From the NCBI RefSeq assembly GCF_902459465.1, contig NC_047071.1, forward strand, positions 12,090,001 through 12,154,000: a stretch of 64,000 nucleotides of DNA, given 5' to 3'. A program made the translations under genes and the position numbers. Shown piece after piece: positions 59,001 through 64,000 of this stretch. This DNA comes from Asterias rubens. Taxonomy: Eukaryota. Below the pieces are notes generated by a model. It saw nothing but the letters and a program-made list of their open reading frames with translations. It was not told the origin of the DNA and ran no database searches. How positions within the stretch are numbered: the stretch's first letter is position 1; every line of letters starts with the position of its first letter.

Positions 59001-62000
59001 GACGAAAAATCACCCAAACTATTCAACATGGTGTTGAAAGAGGTTTTCAAGAACACTTTACTGGATGAGAGGGGTACATTATCGATGGAGAAATGTTATT
59101 AGATCTATGCTTTGCAGATGATGTGGCTCTATCACCTCTTCTGCTAATGACTTAGAAGTGCAAATAAATGAAGTAAACAGCAAAAATAAAGACCAATGAT
59201 TTGAAGATGCACAAGGAAAAGTTCATGACCAACTTCAATACAGATGACTCAATAATGGTGGAGGACCAAGAGATCGCCATGGGTCAATGAATATAAATAC
59301 TGTACCAAACAGTAAAACTGAACGACATCACAAAAGATGAAGCATCAACCAGGATTAAGACAGGATGGAGCTCCTTTGGACGACACAGAGGAATATTTTG
59401 TGATAGGAACATACCTACATGGTATTGAGGAGAAAAATAATAGGATCAGTGTGGGCTAACAACAATAACTTATGGAGCAGAAACATGGACAGACAACAAC
59501 AAAACTGATAGAACATGAACTTTGCACACCAACAAAAGCAAGGGAGAGACGAGTGCTACATTTCTTAAACAGGATTAAATGCACAGAAACAAGAGAGAAC
59601 AGAGGAAAATATGAAAAAGCCTATATGGAGATAGGATGGACACTTTACCCTAAGAAATGACAATATATGGACAACAAGAATCATGGATTGGCAACCAAGG
59701 ACAGGGAAAGGGAAAAGAGGTACAAGTAGACAGAGAAGAAGATCATCACTGAGAAATGACATCATGCAGGAGCAACATGAACCAGAACTGCAAGTAATAG
59801 AAATGAATGGCATTTACATGAGGAGGGACATATCCTACACTGGATGCGTACACAGCCTAAGTGATGATCTTTAAAAGTACATTTGTGACGTCACTAACAA
59901 CGTAACTGAATAATTTTCATCTCTGAATAGCTAACTAAATGTGAAGTTTCTGTGGGAGCTGCTGCTTGCTGGATGTTTCCGGTATGGAATCGATAAAATG
60001 GAACTGGAACTGAACGACTGTTTTCGGGTACCCATTACCTAGTTAACTGCTACGAGCTTACAGTGGACCAAATTGTTTTGGATGGTGGACTCCAAGAGTG
60101 GATAATGGAATGAAGACCTATGTGGATAATGCTAATTGCGTGCGCGCTTCCAGTGTACTGTGTGGGTGATGGTGCTATCTGCATTTCTGGTGACTTAAAC
60201 ATCATGGAAGATGATAGTATATGTTCTCCTTCAGTTCCATGGTCAATTTGATGAGTGCATGCTGGTTGTTCAGGTGTTGGAGGAACTGATGATCAAGTGT
60301 TGTCTTGACAACACTGACATAAATGTTGAACTTGTGTTGGTGATATGGTGCTGTGTGAGGCCAATTGGGTGGAGGATCTTGGTGAGATGTCTGGCCATGT
60401 TGTAGGTTGGTGAACCCCTGGACACCACTATGTCGTGGAGGGGAGCATCAAGATTGTGTATCTTGGGTTGTCTGAGGAAACGAGGGCAGGGGATTCAGAG
60501 AGCTCTAGAATGCAAATTAAAATGACGCTAAATTGGTGTGCTATAATGGCTTGAAACAAATGAAGCTGCTATGTGATCTTGCATTCAATATCCGGAATGG
60601 GGTTTCTTGTAGGTGTCTGTCCCTAACACAACTCTAACCCTCATCCCAACCCTCATCCTAACCCTAACCCTAGTTCTACCCGGGAGTTCTATCACCCTTA
60701 CCCATGTAACCCTAACCCCTCACACATGACCAAACTTACCGACACAAACGACTAGGCCTACAACCGACCCTTACAGACACCAACCTTCACTCACAAACAC
60801 CAACCTTCACTTAGACACCAACTGACACTTACAGATACCTACCAAAGAAACCCCATTCCAGATATTAAATGAAAGATCACATACCAGTTCCGGTCTCAAG
60901 CCATAGTGTTCGGTGCAGCGCGATGTGGCAGCTTTTGCTATTGCTCTCCTGCAAATGTCTCTGTCTTCTCTGTTTTGGTTGTCTGCATATGTGCATGTCT
61001 TTTTCAAGGTGTTTGAAGTTTGATTCGCTTGGAGAGTTGTGCCATCCCTTGAGTGGACAGGCGGGTCATTGATGTTGCAAGGTTATAAGCGATCACCGTT
61101 TCTTCAACAAAAGAACTGGGTACAGATGCTAATTGCTGATGCCAAGATCAGGAGAGCATACATTGTACTACTCTGACAAATTCTGCAGTGCCAATCCCAA
61201 GGACATTGTGCATCCTCTGACAAATTCTGCAGCGCCAATCCCAAGGACATTGTGCATACTACTCTGACAAATTCTGCATTGCCAATTCCAAGGACATTGT
61301 GCATACTATTCTGACAAATTCTGCAGTGCCAATCCCAAGGACATTGTACATACTACTCTGACAGATCCCCCAGTGCCAATCCCAAGGACATACTGTATAC
61401 TACTCCTGCATCCCAAGGACACTGTGCTTACGCAAATTCTCCAGTGCCAATCACAAAGGACTTTGTGCATACGTCTCTGACAAATTCTCCAATGCCAATC
61501 CCAAGGACATTGTGCTTACGCAAACTCTCCAGTGCCAATCCCAAGGACACTGTGTGCACACTGATCTGACAAACTCTGGTGCCAATCCCAGGGACTTTGT
61601 GCACACTAATTTGACAATGTCTGCAGTGCCAATCCTAAGGACATTGTGCTTACGCAAATTCTCTAGTGCCAATCCCAAGGACACTGTGCAGACTACTCAG
61701 ACAAATTCTCCAGTGCCAAATCCAAGGAAATTGTAAACCACAAAGATGGTCTATTGACTAACTGTTGAATAACTCGCTGGAGATATTCTACTTTGAAAGC
61801 TGGAGATATTCTACTTTGAAAACTCATCCCCGGTAGACATTGATGCCCAAAGAAGACCTTTTTTGACCAATTGATGGAGAATACTGGATGCAGAAAATAA
61901 ACAGAGAAAGATGGAAGAAACATGTCAAAGAAAGCCGAGCACGCCCGACCTGATGAAGATGAGGAATATCTGTACCAACTGTAAAGCTAATGTCACGAAA

Positions 62001-63798
62001 TAATAGTTACATGTAATAGTTAGCTTAAACTAATTAGTTAATTTTCTTAATATTGACATAAAAGATGTCTTGATGAGAACCTTATCAATTACTTATAATA
62101 AGCTTACAAGGTAATTGCATATCAAAACACTTGATGCATATAAATACATGTATGTTTGTCTGAAGTATGATTCCATGTGACCTTTACTTCTGGCCAAAAC
62201 CGGGAGTTCAAATTTCAGAATTCAAAAGTTCATGTCTCATGAACCAAACTAAATTCATCTTTGGGGGACGTTAAATCAATGCAAGCACATTGAGATAGGT
62301 ATTGTGAAATGCGCGCTATAAAAGATTTATTATTAATTTTATTTATTTAATGTTACACAAATCTGGAGAGCCATAAAAGTCCCAAATGTAAGCACCATAT
62401 GTTGTATTGAATAGGTTCACTGCGCTCCTTTTCTATTTCCTCTTCTACTTCCCCTTCTCTCTTTTCAAGGAACACCTTGCCAGTTGAGATTTAGCTTTTG
62501 TTTAGTGTATATATTAGGAGGCGCCTGGACCCTGGAATGGTCGACACTTCATTGATGTCAGTTGGAGTATATACACACAGATCTCCTGCTGGCGGGAAAG
62601 GCGTATCCCAACGAAGTGTGGACCTTGGACAATACTGTTTACTGAAAGTGTCCAATTGCTTTAAAATAGCCAGTTTTAGAGATTACTGGTACTGCATGTT
62701 TCATGAAAAGTTAGCAGATTGTTACATTCAGGGGTATATGGATTACCCCAAGTCAAACTGAGTAACTATGGTAAAATAAAAGAGTTGTACTGGTTAGTAA
62801 TATGCTTCTTGGAAGAAAATACTTTTGAAGGTTCATTATACAAATAGCTATTACATGTGTATTGTCAATATGTTTCTTCCACACTAAATTCAATATAGAT
62901 TCCCAAAAACTTAGTACCGTTTCCCTGAGCTTAAAGAGAATTGACGAGAAAGTGTAGTTTCGCGGATAGTCTATGAGCTGAAGGCGAGTAAAATGCGGTA
63001 ACGAATTTACATTAGGAAGAGTCTATTCTCTGACTTAAACTTTTGTCATTGATTATGTTTCAGCTAAATGGTTTTCTCAATAATACGTGTACATTCATAA
63101 GGTTACTGATATGCAAACATATTCATATGCTAATCTACTGGTCAGCATTCATTTGGTGTACGATCTTCTAAGAGAACAACATGCAGACCAAGAGAGTCCA
63201 TCAGCAAAGCTCGATACTACAGAGTCTTCAAATACATGTTCCGTCTCTTTCAACTCGGGAGAACTGGCATCTTCATCAAAAGACAGCCATCGATCTCACA
63301 TTATCGTTACCATTGTGATTCTAAAGTAAATTCATCTTGCTATTGATTAGATTGTCTATCATAGCTTTTACAGATTATGTCTTTATAGTATAGTGTGACG
63401 ACTTTTTCAATGTTTCCGGCCTAATTGTTAAAGGCACTGGACACACTTGGTAATTGTCAAAGACCAGTATTCTCACTTGGTGTATCCCAAAATACATGTA
63501 TGCTTAAAATAACAATCAGTGAAACTTTGGGCTCAATTGGTCATCAAAGATACATAAGAAAATAATGGAGCCATTCCCCACAATGTTTTTTACTATCAAC
63601 AGCTATCCATTGCTCATTAACAAGTAAGTTTTTATGCTAACAATTGTTTGAGTAATTACCAATAGTGTCCAGTGCCTTTAAGGTTCTTGTTTGTAGTTCT
63701 GTTTATTGCTACAGTTTAAACTCTGTTTTGTTTAAATTTGTCACTCTGTAATTTTGTTTAATCAAGGGAGGTTTACAATATAGAGGATAACGTCCATA
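56072..63798. repeat. Tandem array unit 4 (7,727 bp)
   Basis: Colinear full-length copy. Confidence 0.95.
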
Positions 63799-64000
63799 GG
63801 GACTAGTTCTATGTTATACAAGTTTCTAGTAGGCTTCATTATGGTCTTCCTTGCACACACTTAAATACCTCAATGATTTCTGATACTATTTTATCGGTAG
63901 TACTGCATTGTTTATTCTAAAAACATGATATGAGTTATTTGTAACATATACAAATAGGGCATTCATCTTGAATGGACTTTTCACATGACTCAGGAAGATA
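63799..64000. repeat. Start of array unit 5 (runs off the window)
   Basis: Same junction and start sequence as units 2-4. Confidence 0.9.

Noticed and set aside
33399-64000. rDNA, 5S, histone or snRNA tandem gene cluster
   Set aside because: No recognisable rRNA, U snRNA, 5S or histone coding sequence found on either strand of the unit.

Overview
AT-rich eukaryotic (metazoan) genomic DNA with GT-AG introns. The repeat families suggest a sea star or other echinoderm (inference from recognition, not a database match). 1-9.5 kb: the 3' eleven coding exons of ARNT (bHLH-PAS; PAS-A, PAS-B and the conserved MFPPFSE C-terminus) on +, followed by a probable long 3' UTR. 15.3-23.4 kb: a complete six-exon UBAP1 CDS (ESCRT-I subunit; UMA and SOUBA domains; 499 aa) on +. 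Introns and intergenic DNA are dense with MITEs (TTAA-flanked, PIF/Harbinger-like with CWG targets, hAT-like), tRNA-derived SINEs, foldback hairpins and minisatellites. Near 30 kb there is a CpG-rich promoter-like site (CRE, NRF1, CCAAT motifs) and candidate exons of an unidentified transcript. At 32.3-33.4 kb there is an inverted pair of Penelope-like RT remnants around telomere-like repeats. From 33,399 to the window end runs a head-to-tail array of a ~7.3-7.7 kb unit (4 full copies plus the start of a 5th). The unit is built from decayed RTE LINE and Penelope fragments, MITEs, a SINE tail, degenerate CCCTAA repeats and a ~47-bp minisatellite. I found no intact gene in the unit, and no prokaryotic systems or CRISPR arrays in the window. 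Most short ORFs in the track are spurious or are decayed retroelement pieces.
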